64,000 nt of DNA from Terriglobia bacterium (GTDB lineage Bacteria > Acidobacteriota > Terriglobia > 2-12-FULL-54-10). This document shows, piece by piece, positions 42,303 to 52,009 of this stretch. Each line of letters starts with the position of its first letter. The first letter of the stretch is position 1. The notes under the pieces were generated by a model. It searched no databases and was not told the origin of the DNA. It saw nothing but the letters and a program-made list of their open reading frames with translations. The DNA lies in the NCBI GenBank assembly GCA_963666975.2, contig CAXVYR010000003.1, positions 352,001-416,000 on the forward strand. The letters run 5' to 3'. Position numbers and translations under genes: made by a program.

Positions 42303-42380
42303 TTATTCTTTCCGAACGGTAATGAGGGTATGAGGCGTGGAGTTATTCTTTCCGAACGGTAATGAGGGTATGAGGCGTGG
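42301..42380. repeat. 40-bp exact tandem duplication of the methyltransferase 3' end
   Basis: AGTTATTCTTTCCGAACGGTAATGAGGGTATGAGGCGTGG twice. Confidence 0.9.
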
Positions 42381-43275
42381 AGAAGACCGCCTCGCTGTTC
42401 TGTGGGTGGGAGGCGCGAACAATTGCCTCCGCCGCATGTTTAACCGACTGTCTGCCGTCTTCGGTCAGCAGATAGGAGGAATAGAAGAAACGAAGAGCGC
42501 GGTCGGCGACTTCATCCGCCTGGCCCGCGAAGTGAACGTCAAAATCTTTTCGTGCGATGGAAATGCCGGATCCAAGGTGTTCCGAGAGCAGGGCAGTCAG
42601 CGCATTCATGGAGTGAAGCCTGCCGTCGGCGAATCCTCCCTTGGGATAGGAAGGCATTTCTTGCCGAACCTTTGCTTCCACCGTGACGGAAAACCGATCG
42701 TAGGCGGCGTTATGTTTTCCGATCCCCTCGATGACGGCTGCGAAGGTTCCGCCGGGGCGGAGAACCCGGCTCACTTCCGAGAGGACTGCCTCCAGCGAGG
42801 GCATCACCATCAAGGCGAGATGAGAAAAAACCGCATCAACCGATGCAGACCGCAAAGGCAAGTGCACAGCGGTGGCACGCGCGAAGTGCGCGTTCCGGGC
42901 GCCGATGGCGGCCTGGGCGCGCTGGAGTTCGTGCAAACTCAGATCCATGGCGATCACTTGGCCTCGCGGGCCAACGCGGCTCGCGGCAATCTTTGTGAGG
43001 GGGCCGCTCCCACAGGCGAGATCCAGTATCCGTTTGTCACGAAGCTGCGGCACAGAGCCCAGCAGGATTTCATAGCTCGATTTTCCCGCCGTTGTCTGCA
43101 GATCGGCAACCAAGTCTTCCGTAAAGGCGGTGTGGATGGCATGGAAGTCGATTATGTGGTTCCGTATATCGGCGTTGGCCGGATTTAACCCATTGCGCAG
43201 TTTGAGGACGAGCCTAGACCTCAGCAGGTGTTTTTCTTCAGACCGGCGAGGAGCTTGTCCTGCGGTTGATTCCAT
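42343..43275 (-). CDS. Class I SAM-dependent methyltransferase
   Basis: ILDLACGSG, AMDLS, LPL..ASVDAV, RVLRPGG; start uncertain. Confidence 0.88.
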   Translation of the reverse strand: MESTAGQAPRRSEEKHLLRSRLVLKLRNGLNPANADIRNHIIDFHAIHTAFTEDLVADLQTTAGKSSYEILLGSVPQLRDKRILDLACGSGPLTKIAASRVGPRGQVIAMDLSLHELQRAQAAIGARNAHFARATAVHLPLRSASVDAVFSHLALMVMPSLEAVLSEVSRVLRPGGTFAAVIEGIGKHNAAYDRFSVTVEAKVRQEMPSYPKGGFADGRLHSMNALTALLSEHLGSGISIARKDFDVHFAGQADEVADRALRFFYSSYLLTEDGRQSVKHAAEAIVRASHPQNSEAVFSTPHTLITVRKE

Positions 43276-43810
43276 TAACTATGCCTTATTCCTTATTCTT
43301 TATTCTTTCGGGTCCGGTCATCCTGTACATCCTGGTCCGGACATCTTGGTATAGGCTTCCGCCCCTGCGGAGTCCACACAGCCTCCAATGCAAAAGAGCT
43401 TGTTCCTTCTTCTGCGAGGTGATTCCGCTATCAAGCCATCAAGGAAGGTTCCTGGCGCGTGAGGTGTGAGAAACGCCCGATACTCCCGAGCAGGCTGTTA
43501 GAACATCGATTCAGTCAACAGGGTGCGCTTCAAATTTGCTCGGGAAAGAAGATTCTACGCCAGCCGCTCCATCGGCGCAAGCTCACTTCACCATTGGCAC
43601 GCGATAACAACTGCGCCTGCCGATGCGATTATGGCGAAGCGGACCAAGGTTCTTTCCCATTGCCGACAAGTCTTCTTGTCTGTAAATAATTATAACTTGC
43701 TTTGGCACAGTTGGTTGGTGGTGAGCACAGAACCATTGGCAAGATGGATGCGCCTGAGAAATCGGCACTAGAGTAAGCTGGGTTCGGGTGAGCGAACCAT
43801 CCGGCAAGAT

Positions 43811-43880
43811 GGACTAGAGTCCTAGAAGATTTGAGACCTGCTTGCCATTGACCTAATTTCACATGGGACTCATAGTACCC
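43811..43880 (+). promoter_or_regulatory. Putative operator(s) plus sigma70-like promoter
   Basis: Palindromic GGACTAGAGTCC; TTGACC-17bp-CATAGT; a second box GGGACTCATAGTACCC overlapping the -10. Confidence 0.55.
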
Positions 43881-43947
43881 ATTGTGAGGGAGGAAATAGA
43901 TAAGCGCGGGTTTCCGACAACCTCCCCCTGGAAGATGAGATGAAAAA

Positions 43948-44166
43948 ATGAAAGAAGAACGAGTTTCCTACATGATGCTGTTTTGTGCGCTGCTACTGGT
44001 AAAAAATTCCAGAGCAACGCTGGAGCAATCGCTCCAGGTTGTTCCTCTCGCAGGCAGAGCCAAGTCGCTGGCCGGGGAATTGGCGAATCTGATTACTATT
44101 CCGGGCCAGCAGGGCATTGAATGGGCAGGTCCCGTCTCAGATAGAGTTGCTTTCGCCTCCCAGTAG
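43948..44166 (+). CDS. 72-aa unknown protein, paralog of 31562-31735
   Basis: SYMMLFCALLLVKNSRATLEQSLQVVPLAGRAKSLAGEL. Confidence 0.7.
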   Translation: MKEERVSYMMLFCALLLVKNSRATLEQSLQVVPLAGRAKSLAGELANLITIPGQQGIEWAGPVSDRVAFASQ

Positions 44167-44544
44167 AATTTTGGCGGATAGCGAGAGATAGAGATGAGGA
44201 TCAGACTTCGCCTAGTCATCCAATCAACCTCTCCCCGTACTATGTATCCAACGCTGTATCCTAATTGGAACAAAATATCCCATCCTCACTGCGAAAGCAG
44301 GACTGTCAACCGCTGCCAGAAACCTTGTGCATTGCGCATAGCCCCATAGACCCTTTCCCGGCAAGTATATCCAACTAAAGATTAGCGAAGCTGCGCCGAA
44401 CGAAATGGCCGCTGGTTTGCGATTTCTGTCCGTGTTTTGCGAAAAAGCACACTGGGGCTTATCATCCAGAAGTGATTCAGAAGTGATTGCAAACGTTTTG
44501 GGCGATGTGTTAGATTTCAAATGAGTTGACAAGGAAGCGCCGCT

Positions 44545-45831
44545 ATGCCGGAAATTCCAGATTCGTTGACCCCGAAAGAAAGCGGCCACCAGCCCGACGA
44601 ACCAGTCGTGCGTTGGCGCACAGTAAGTTATCGTGCTCTCGGCATATGGTCCGGGGGAGTGTTGGTTCTGCTGGTTGTGGTTCTGCTGATTGTTTTCCCA
44701 CAGTGGAGGGGCTTGCTAGCCGGCTTGTTTTTTGGCGCCGGCGGGGATGGCCAAACGGCGGGTGAGAACCTTTCTGTTCCGCAGGCCCGCTTCACGAACC
44801 TGGACGGGGGAGTCCGCGTGCGGAAGGCCAATCAAGTACAGTGGACTCCCGCCGAGCTTTCCATGGCACTGGACGCAGGCGACATGATCCAAACAGGTGC
44901 TGGCGGAGTGGCGCGCATTGCCTTCGCCGACGGCACGCTTTACGTGATCAAGCCGGAAACGCTGATTGTGATTGAGGAAAACGTTCTTCTGGGTGACCAG
45001 TCGGCCATGAATGTGACGATACAGGTTACTTCCGGCGTGGTCGATCTCTCGACATCCCGGCTGACGGGTGAATCCCGTATTTTGTTCGCTGATGCAGAGG
45101 CTCGAATTTACCAGGAGAGCAGGGCGCTGGTCACCAGCGATCCGGAGACCAACACGCACCAGATTACCATGACCCGCGGAGGAGCTAATCTACGCCGGGG
45201 CGGGGAGCAGGTGACATTGACGGAATATACTCAGGCTTCTTTCGGTGGGCCTGACAGCCCCATCGTCACGGAAAAAATCCTAGCCCCGCCGATCTTGCTG
45301 ACGCCGACCGATATGGCTCCGGTAGTGACCGCCGGCGCGCAGGCCACGGACGTGGAATTTACATGGACTGAAGTGCCCGAGGTGCGGGCTTACCGGCTGA
45401 GAGTCTCTTCCTCTCCTCTTCTTTCTGACTTGGTATTCAACCGGCAATTCCGGTCCACTTCAGCTCGCGTGCCTGCGCTTAAAGAGGGTGATTACTATTG
45501 GACGGTGGCTTCCATTGACGAGGGGCGGGGAGAAAGCCAGCCGAGCGAGGCCTACCGATTCTCGGTGATCCGGCAGGAAAACGAAGGGGAGATTCTGCTG
45601 ATGGTGGAAAGATATATTCAGCACGGCAAGGTGATTGAAATCATAGGCCGGACAGAGCCGGGCGCAACGGTGTTGGTCAATAATCAGCCTGTTTTTACCG
45701 TAGGTCAGGACGGCTCGTTCCAGCACTTCACCTCTCCGTTGCCCGATACGGGGCCCAACCAGATCACGATTACTGCGCAGAACCGGGAAGGGAAAATAGC
45801 CACACTCCGGAAGACGATTACAATCCAATAA
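44545..45831 (+). CDS. Membrane-anchored FecR-domain protein with FN3/Ig-like domains
   Basis: One TM; LDAGDMIQTG..GVARIAFADGT; FTW..YRLRVS..YYWTV; GRTEPGATVLVN. Confidence 0.8.
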   Translation: MPEIPDSLTPKESGHQPDEPVVRWRTVSYRALGIWSGGVLVLLVVVLLIVFPQWRGLLAGLFFGAGGDGQTAGENLSVPQARFTNLDGGVRVRKANQVQWTPAELSMALDAGDMIQTGAGGVARIAFADGTLYVIKPETLIVIEENVLLGDQSAMNVTIQVTSGVVDLSTSRLTGESRILFADAEARIYQESRALVTSDPETNTHQITMTRGGANLRRGGEQVTLTEYTQASFGGPDSPIVTEKILAPPILLTPTDMAPVVTAGAQATDVEFTWTEVPEVRAYRLRVSSSPLLSDLVFNRQFRSTSARVPALKEGDYYWTVASIDEGRGESQPSEAYRFSVIRQENEGEILLMVERYIQHGKVIEIIGRTEPGATVLVNNQPVFTVGQDGSFQHFTSPLPDTGPNQITITAQNREGKIATLRKTITIQ

Positions 45832-45903
45832 AATACCGCTGCCAGTACTGCGCGAGGAAGGTCCAGCTTATAGAAGCAGGAAAGCATTGGGGCGTCCATT
45901 AAC

Positions 45904-46923
45904 ATGCATTCGTTTTTTAGCCTTTTCTCCAGCGATTTAGCAATTGATCTCGGGACTGCCAACACGCTTGTGTTCGCCCGCGGCAAAGGGATCGTGGTCA
46001 ATGAACCTTCGATCGTCGCCATCAACAAGCTAACCAATGAAGTGCAAGCGGTCGGCAAAGAAGCCAAGGAGATGCTCGGGCGCACGCCGGGCAACATCGT
46101 GGCGATTCGGCCCATGAAGGATGGAGTTATTGCAGACTTCAAGGTGACCGAGAAGATGCTGAACTACTTCATCCATAAGGCGCACAACCGCAAGATGCTG
46201 GTGCGTCCGCGCATTCTGATCGGCGTGCCTTCCGAGATCACCCCGGTGGAAAAGCGCGCCGTGCAGGACTCCGCGTACCGGGCCAAGGCCAGCGAAGTGC
46301 ACTTGGTGGAACAGGCCATGGTGGCGGCCATCGGCGCCGGGCTGCCCATTACCGAGCCCTCCGGGAACATGGTGGTGGATATCGGCGGCGGAACCACCGA
46401 TATTGCGGTCATTTCGCTCTCCGGCATTGTGTACTCGCGTTCGGTGGGCGTGGCGGGCAACGAAATGGACGACGCCATCATGCATTATTTGAAACGGAAA
46501 TATAACCTGTTGATCGGAGAGCGGACGGCGGAGCAGATTAAAATCGAATTGGGCTCGGCGTACGCGCTGGACAAGCCGCTCACCATGGAGATCAAGGGCC
46601 GCAATTTGCTTGAAGGCTTGCCCAAAACGATCATCGTGGGGAACGAAGAGATTCAGGAGGCGCTCTCCGAGTGTGTAGCAACCATCATGAATGCCATCCG
46701 GGTGGCCCTGGAATGGACTCCGCCGGAGCTGTCGGCAGACATCAGCGACAGAGGAATCGTTCTGACAGGAGGAGGAGCGCTGCTGAAGAACCTGGATAGA
46801 CGCATTCGGGAAGAGACCGGCCTGCCGGTTTCCATCGCCGATGAACCTTTGCTGTCGGTCGTGCTGGGCACGGGCAAAATGCTGAGTGACTTCAAGCTGC
46901 TCCGCAAGGTGTCACTGGAATAG
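45904..46923 (+). CDS. mreB: Rod shape-determining protein MreB
   Basis: IDLGTANTL, RPMKDGVIADF, DIGGGTTD, LTGGGALL. Confidence 0.98.
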   Translation: MHSFFSLFSSDLAIDLGTANTLVFARGKGIVVNEPSIVAINKLTNEVQAVGKEAKEMLGRTPGNIVAIRPMKDGVIADFKVTEKMLNYFIHKAHNRKMLVRPRILIGVPSEITPVEKRAVQDSAYRAKASEVHLVEQAMVAAIGAGLPITEPSGNMVVDIGGGTTDIAVISLSGIVYSRSVGVAGNEMDDAIMHYLKRKYNLLIGERTAEQIKIELGSAYALDKPLTMEIKGRNLLEGLPKTIIVGNEEIQEALSECVATIMNAIRVALEWTPPELSADISDRGIVLTGGGALLKNLDRRIREETGLPVSIADEPLLSVVLGTGKMLSDFKLLRKVSLE

Positions 46924-47020
46924 GAGCAGCCCGGGGATGGGAAAGACGCCCCAGAGTTCTCCTCGATAGGGCGCTGGGCAGGCTTTCCTTCGCAGTAATT
47001 GTTGTTAGAGGTGCAGGACC

Positions 47021-47905
47021 TTGTTTTCCCGCCATCGCAAACGGATCATCCTGGCTGCGGTTCTTTTTCTCCAACTCTTGCTGGTGGCCTACCAAGCGCG
47101 CCAGGATCAGGACGTTCCGCTGATCCGCCGGTGGACCGTCTTTCTGGTTACTCCGGTTCAAAAGACCTTCAACTTTGTTTTCGATGGCGTCGCCGGATTT
47201 TGGTACGGATACGTGGACCTGCGCAGCGCGCGCAGGGAGAATCAGGAATTGAGCCGCGAGTTGGATCATCTTCGGCTCGAGCATCTCCGGCTCCAGAACG
47301 AGGCCGAGCAGGCCAAACGCTTGCAAGTGCTGCTGGAGTTAAAGGGAGAGACGCCCTCGGAATCAATTGCCGCCCAGGTCATCAGTTTCGGAGCCAGCCA
47401 GAATGCCCACTTGCTGATCATCGACCGGGGGCGCGACGCAGGGCTGCGTCCCGATATGCCGGTGATTGTTCCGGAAGGGATCGTCGGTAAAGTTCTGTAC
47501 GTCTTTCCCTCTGCGGCCCAGGTTTTGCTGCTTTCCGACACCGAGAGCGGTGTTGCCGTGCTGCTGGAGAACTCTCGCGTCCATGGGGTGCTGAAGGGCA
47601 GAAATCCAGAGCTTGGCGTGCTGCAGTATGTCTCCAATGATGAGAAAGTTTCGGTTGGGGATAGATTGTTCACCTCCGGCGAGGATCGTGTCTACCCGAA
47701 AGGCTTGCCGGTGGGCGTGGTGGTGGAGGCTCGCCGGGGCGAGACCTTCCAGGAAATTATGGTGCGGCCCTTTGCCAAATTGAATCGTCTGGAAGAGGTT
47801 CTGGTGCTGGTCAAGAAAGTGGACGTGGAACCGTCGGCGGCAGCAGATAAGGTTGCGGAATTGCCGGCTGAAGTTCCGGAAAGCAACCGCTTCTTTTCCC
47901 CGTAG
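47021..47905 (+). CDS. mreC: Rod shape-determining protein MreC
   Basis: TM, coiled coil, IDRG..G, GIVGKV, TSG.D.VYPKGLPVG; follows mreB. Confidence 0.95.
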   Translation: MFSRHRKRIILAAVLFLQLLLVAYQARQDQDVPLIRRWTVFLVTPVQKTFNFVFDGVAGFWYGYVDLRSARRENQELSRELDHLRLEHLRLQNEAEQAKRLQVLLELKGETPSESIAAQVISFGASQNAHLLIIDRGRDAGLRPDMPVIVPEGIVGKVLYVFPSAAQVLLLSDTESGVAVLLENSRVHGVLKGRNPELGVLQYVSNDEKVSVGDRLFTSGEDRVYPKGLPVGVVVEARRGETFQEIMVRPFAKLNRLEEVLVLVKKVDVEPSAAADKVAELPAEVPESNRFFSP

Positions 47906-48233
47906 CTCTCCCTAATTGTCCTCGCTGCCCGTAGTGCAGACAGCCGGTCTCGAAGCGCACTCGCCGGTGTGAAAGTTTTTCCATCCCGTTCGTTCCTGGC
48001 CAATAATTGCTTTGCCGCCGTAACCTCGTATAATCTCCCTGGAAGACTTCCAATCCGGCAGTGGTAATAACGTGACGGTTTCACCGGGCACCCGTCTTGG
48101 CGCTTGCGAAATCATCAGCGCCTTAGGTGCGGATGGCCTGAGGGTATAAGGTCCGCAACGCAAGACGGGATTGGAGTATTGAGTGAAAGCTGGATTAGAC
48201 CATGGACCAGAAGATTGACCAAAAGGAGGCTGC

Positions 48234-49343
48234 ATGCGTAATCGCAGGGAGTTCGTGAAAGACTTTGCCGGAGCAACGGCTGGAGTATTTTTTGTAGGTT
48301 GCGGCCTGATGGACGCTGCGGCAGCCGCTCTGCAATCCAGCGGTACAACTTCGCGCCGGGAGGTGGCGATAAACGGCCGCAGGGTGAAGACAGTGGATAT
48401 CCACTGTCACTGCCAAGTTCCCGATGTTTGGGACCTCATCAAGGACTACGATCTCGGCCAGTCCCTCCGGCGGCAACTCGACGGCCCCCGGGGGCCGGGG
48501 CTGAACCTTGGCAATGTGCAAAACCGTTTGCAGTGGATGGACGAGCAGGGATTTGATGTTCAGGCCGTCAGCATCAATCCCTTCTGGTACTCAGCAGAGC
48601 GGGATTTGGCCGTTGCGATTATCAAGCTCCAGAATGAAAAAATTGCGGAGTTGTGCGCCTCCCATCCGGATCGCTTCGTCGGGCTGGGAACCGTCGCGTT
48701 GCAGTATCCCTACCTGGCCGCCGAGCAGTTGGAGGATGGGGTCAAGCGTCTGGGGATGCGGGGCTGCCTGGTAGGCGGCAGCGTCAACGGAAAAGAACTG
48801 GCCAGCCCCAGGTTTAACCCATTCTGGGCCAAGGCCGAGGAGTTAGGGTGCGTGGTTTTCATCCATCCTCAAGGATTTCCATTAGGGGATTCGCGGTTCC
48901 AAGGCAATGGGATGCTGACAAATGTAATCGGCAATCCTTTGGAAACTACCGTAGCGCTCTCCCATTTGATCTTCGAGGGGACGCTGGACCGTTATCCGGG
49001 ACTGAAAATCTGCGCGGCCCATGGCGGCGGCTACCTTCCGTCCTACATGGCCCGTTCGGATTATTGTGTGAACCTGTCTCCGGACCGCTGCAGGCCCGTC
49101 AACAAGCGTCCCAGTGAATATCTCCGGCAGCTCTATTTCGATTCGATGGTCTTTACCGATGAGGGCCTGCGGCATTTGATCGCGGAAGCCGGCGCCAGCC
49201 AGATCATTCTCGGCACGGATTACCCCTATGGCTGGACTGAGGAGGCAGTGGACCACGTCCTGAACCAGCCCGGCCTGAGCGACGCTGAACGGGAAGCGAT
49301 CCTCGGCGGCAACGCAGTCCAGTTGCTGCGAATCAGTTCGTAA
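48234..49343 (+). CDS. Amidohydrolase-2 (ACMSD-like decarboxylase/hydrolase) with twin-arginine-like N-terminus
   Basis: RREFVK, DIHCH, VFIHP, AHGGGYLP, LGTDYPY. Confidence 0.9.
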   Translation: MRNRREFVKDFAGATAGVFFVGCGLMDAAAAALQSSGTTSRREVAINGRRVKTVDIHCHCQVPDVWDLIKDYDLGQSLRRQLDGPRGPGLNLGNVQNRLQWMDEQGFDVQAVSINPFWYSAERDLAVAIIKLQNEKIAELCASHPDRFVGLGTVALQYPYLAAEQLEDGVKRLGMRGCLVGGSVNGKELASPRFNPFWAKAEELGCVVFIHPQGFPLGDSRFQGNGMLTNVIGNPLETTVALSHLIFEGTLDRYPGLKICAAHGGGYLPSYMARSDYCVNLSPDRCRPVNKRPSEYLRQLYFDSMVFTDEGLRHLIAEAGASQIILGTDYPYGWTEEAVDHVLNQPGLSDAEREAILGGNAVQLLRISS

Positions 49344-49376
49344 GGCCATTAGGTGCTTGTGCATGGGGAAAGTAAT

Positions 49377-49437
49377 CCGAGCCGCGACCGCCCTGCGGTC
49401 CAAAGCCCCTACGGGCGGCGGGCCGTGAGGGAGCGGT
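49377..49437 (+). repeat. REP-like repeat with internal insertion
   Basis: CCGAGCCGCGACCG[..]GGCCGTGAGGGAGCGG; reverse copy at 56465-56529. Confidence 0.7.
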
Positions 49438-49473
49438 CCTTCTGACTTCTTTTTTTGTGCCGAAGGGAACTAA

Positions 49474-49992
49474 ATGGCCTTGCTCTACACACAGTCGCGT
49501 GAGGTGGAAGTTTATCGCCTGAAACTTCCGGCAATTATCCTGGTCCCCTTTTTTGCCCTGATTCTGCAAACGTTCCTCCCCTTGTATCTAAATTTTGTGG
49601 TCCTCCTGGACCTGCCCCTGCTGGTGATTCTCTATTTTGCGCTGACGCGCCGGAGCCAAGTCTTTGGATTGCTGGCGGGAGCTTTGATTGGAATGGCGCA
49701 GGACAGTTTGTCGAGGGGACCGATTGGTTTGTTCGGGACCGCCAAGACTGTTGTCGGATATGTAACCTCCTCGGTCAGCACACGCGTGGATACGGAGAGC
49801 CTGGGCGTGCGCTTTCTCACCATCTTTGCCTTCTATTGCCTTCATTTTATTCATGTATTTCTGTTTGAGTCGCTTTTGCTGCAACGGCCCGTGGAGATGG
49901 CTCCGGGCAGCGCCCTGATGAGGGCGCTTGTCAATGCCATTGTCGGCGTGTTACTCTTTAGATTGCTGGACCGGTTCCGTGAGTCAGCATAA
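49474..49992 (+). CDS. mreD: Rod shape-determining protein MreD
   Basis: Multi-TM, DLPLL, G..QDSL...IG; precedes mrdA. Confidence 0.9.
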   Translation: MALLYTQSREVEVYRLKLPAIILVPFFALILQTFLPLYLNFVVLLDLPLLVILYFALTRRSQVFGLLAGALIGMAQDSLSRGPIGLFGTAKTVVGYVTSSVSTRVDTESLGVRFLTIFAFYCLHFIHVFLFESLLLQRPVEMAPGSALMRALVNAIVGVLLFRLLDRFRESA

Positions 49993-50054
49993 GAGCGCTG
50001 GCCGGATGGGTCCTTTATTTTCTAAAAGTTGCATGATAGGGAGCATCCGCCCCC

Positions 50055-51926
50055 ATGCGGTTCGCTCACACGGATAATCGTCGCTCGGAGGGTAGACTCA
50101 CTTTTTTGCAGTGGGGCATTGCCGTCGCATTCCTGGTCCTGATCAGCGGTTTCTGGCAGCTTCAAATTTTCAATCCTGCTTATTACTCCCGCCTGGCAGA
50201 ACGGAACCACATCAAAAACCTGCGAATGCCGGCTCCTCGCGGACGCATTTTGGACAGATACAACCGGGTGCTGGTGGACAACTACCCATCTTTCAGCATC
50301 GTGGCGCAATGGGAAGTTGGGCAAAGCTTGCAGGCTCACCTGCCGGCGATAGCCACAGGCTTGGAGCAAAACCCGGAGCAACTGGCCGAACGGGTGAAAA
50401 CCGCGCGGGCGCGGGTTCCTCGTCAGGCTATTGTGGTCCAGGAAAACGCCACCCTCCGGGATATCGCCTTTGTGGAGTCCCACCGCATTGAATATCCCGA
50501 ACTGGATTTGGTCAGTGAACCACGGCGGCTCTATCCCCGCGCGGGATTTGCCGCCCACTTGTTTGGCTACGTCGGCGAAATCTCGGAAAGAGAGCTGGAG
50601 CTTCCCGGAATGGAATTGTTGAAACCCCGTGATCTAATCGGCAAATCCGGGATCGAACGGCAATACAACGGCGTGTTGCAGGGGCAAACTGGAGTGCTCC
50701 GGATGATTGTCAACAGCCGGGGCGGGGAAGTGGACCCTTTGGACGAGGAGTTTGCTACAGCGGGACGCGATTTGCGCCTGACGATTGACTATGACTTACA
50801 GGAAGTTGCCGAGCAAAAGTTCCGCGGGGATAAGGGCGCGCTGGTGGCCCTGGACCCGCGCACGGGCGAGATACTGGCGCTGGTGAGCCGGCCTACCTTT
50901 GATCTCAATTCGTTTGCCAGAGGCATTCCTATGGAGGAGTGGCGAGGATTGATGGCGGACCCGCAGAATCCTCTTTTGAATCGCGCCATTCAGGCGCAGC
51001 TCGCTCCCGGCTCCATCTATAAGATAATGCAGGCCACAGCCGGTTTGGAAGCTGGCGCCGTTGACGAGACCACTACGCACTATTGTTCGGGCGGGGGCAC
51101 CTTTTACGGGCGTTACTTCCGGTGTTGGAAAAAGGGCGGCCACGGTCGTATCGGGATTCACCGGGCCATTGTTCAATCGTGCGACGTGTTTTTCTACAAT
51201 CTGGGAAAAGACCTCGGCATCGACCGCATGCACGAATATTCCACTCGCCTGGGGCTGGGACGAAAGACCGGCATCGATCTGCCAGGCGAACAGCCCGGTC
51301 TCATGCCCTCTTCAGAATGGAAACAAAAGGTCTTCCACGAGAGATGGTACCCGGGCGAGACCATTTCCCTGGCGATCGGGCAGGGCGCGCTGACAACAAC
51401 GCCTCTACAATTGGCCTTCAGCATCGGGGGAATTGCTTCCGGAGGTTATTTCGCCAGGCCGCACCTGATTGCCTGGAAAGATATGGAAGCCCTCGGCCAG
51501 GAAATCCCTTTGCCGACCGAGTTCCGAGTCCCTCTACGCGAACAAACCGTTGCCTTGGTTACCGACGGCTTGTATGGCGTGGTTAATGAAGGGGGGGGCA
51601 CAGGCAGGCGGGGGCGGATTCAAGGCTTGGACGTAGGCGGCAAAACCGGCACGGCGCAGGTGGCCAGCATTAAGGCCTCCGAAGCTGATGACACTCTGAA
51701 AGATAATGCATGGTTTGTGGGATTGGCGCCGCGACGGAATCCGGAGATTGTGGTGGTTGCGCTCTACGAGGGCGGTGAGCACGGTTATCTGGCAGCGCCG
51801 GTTGTGCGTGAGGTGATCAAAGCCTATTTCGACAAAAAAGAGGACTCCGAGTTCCAGTATGCGCAAAAGCCCGGCCCCAGCGAGGACATAGCCGCCGGGC
51901 AGTTTGTTCCCGAGCCGGGAGGTTAA
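50055..51926 (+). CDS. mrdA: Penicillin-binding protein 2
   Basis: APRGRILDR, PGSIYK, SCD, GKTGTAQV. Confidence 0.96.
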   Translation: MRFAHTDNRRSEGRLTFLQWGIAVAFLVLISGFWQLQIFNPAYYSRLAERNHIKNLRMPAPRGRILDRYNRVLVDNYPSFSIVAQWEVGQSLQAHLPAIATGLEQNPEQLAERVKTARARVPRQAIVVQENATLRDIAFVESHRIEYPELDLVSEPRRLYPRAGFAAHLFGYVGEISERELELPGMELLKPRDLIGKSGIERQYNGVLQGQTGVLRMIVNSRGGEVDPLDEEFATAGRDLRLTIDYDLQEVAEQKFRGDKGALVALDPRTGEILALVSRPTFDLNSFARGIPMEEWRGLMADPQNPLLNRAIQAQLAPGSIYKIMQATAGLEAGAVDETTTHYCSGGGTFYGRYFRCWKKGGHGRIGIHRAIVQSCDVFFYNLGKDLGIDRMHEYSTRLGLGRKTGIDLPGEQPGLMPSSEWKQKVFHERWYPGETISLAIGQGALTTTPLQLAFSIGGIASGGYFARPHLIAWKDMEALGQEIPLPTEFRVPLREQTVALVTDGLYGVVNEGGGTGRRGRIQGLDVGGKTGTAQVASIKASEADDTLKDNAWFVGLAPRRNPEIVVVALYEGGEHGYLAAPVVREVIKAYFDKKEDSEFQYAQKPGPSEDIAAGQFVPEPGG

Positions 51927-52009
51927 TCAGGGCGGCGACGCAGTAGCCGGAAGGCGGGTTGCCACGCAGGTAAATCGCGTGGCGCAGTTAAATTGGATCA
52001 TGTGATTTT

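Noticed and set aside
42337-43188. 283-aa ORF on the + strand
   Set aside because: The opposite strand carries clear SAM methyltransferase motifs
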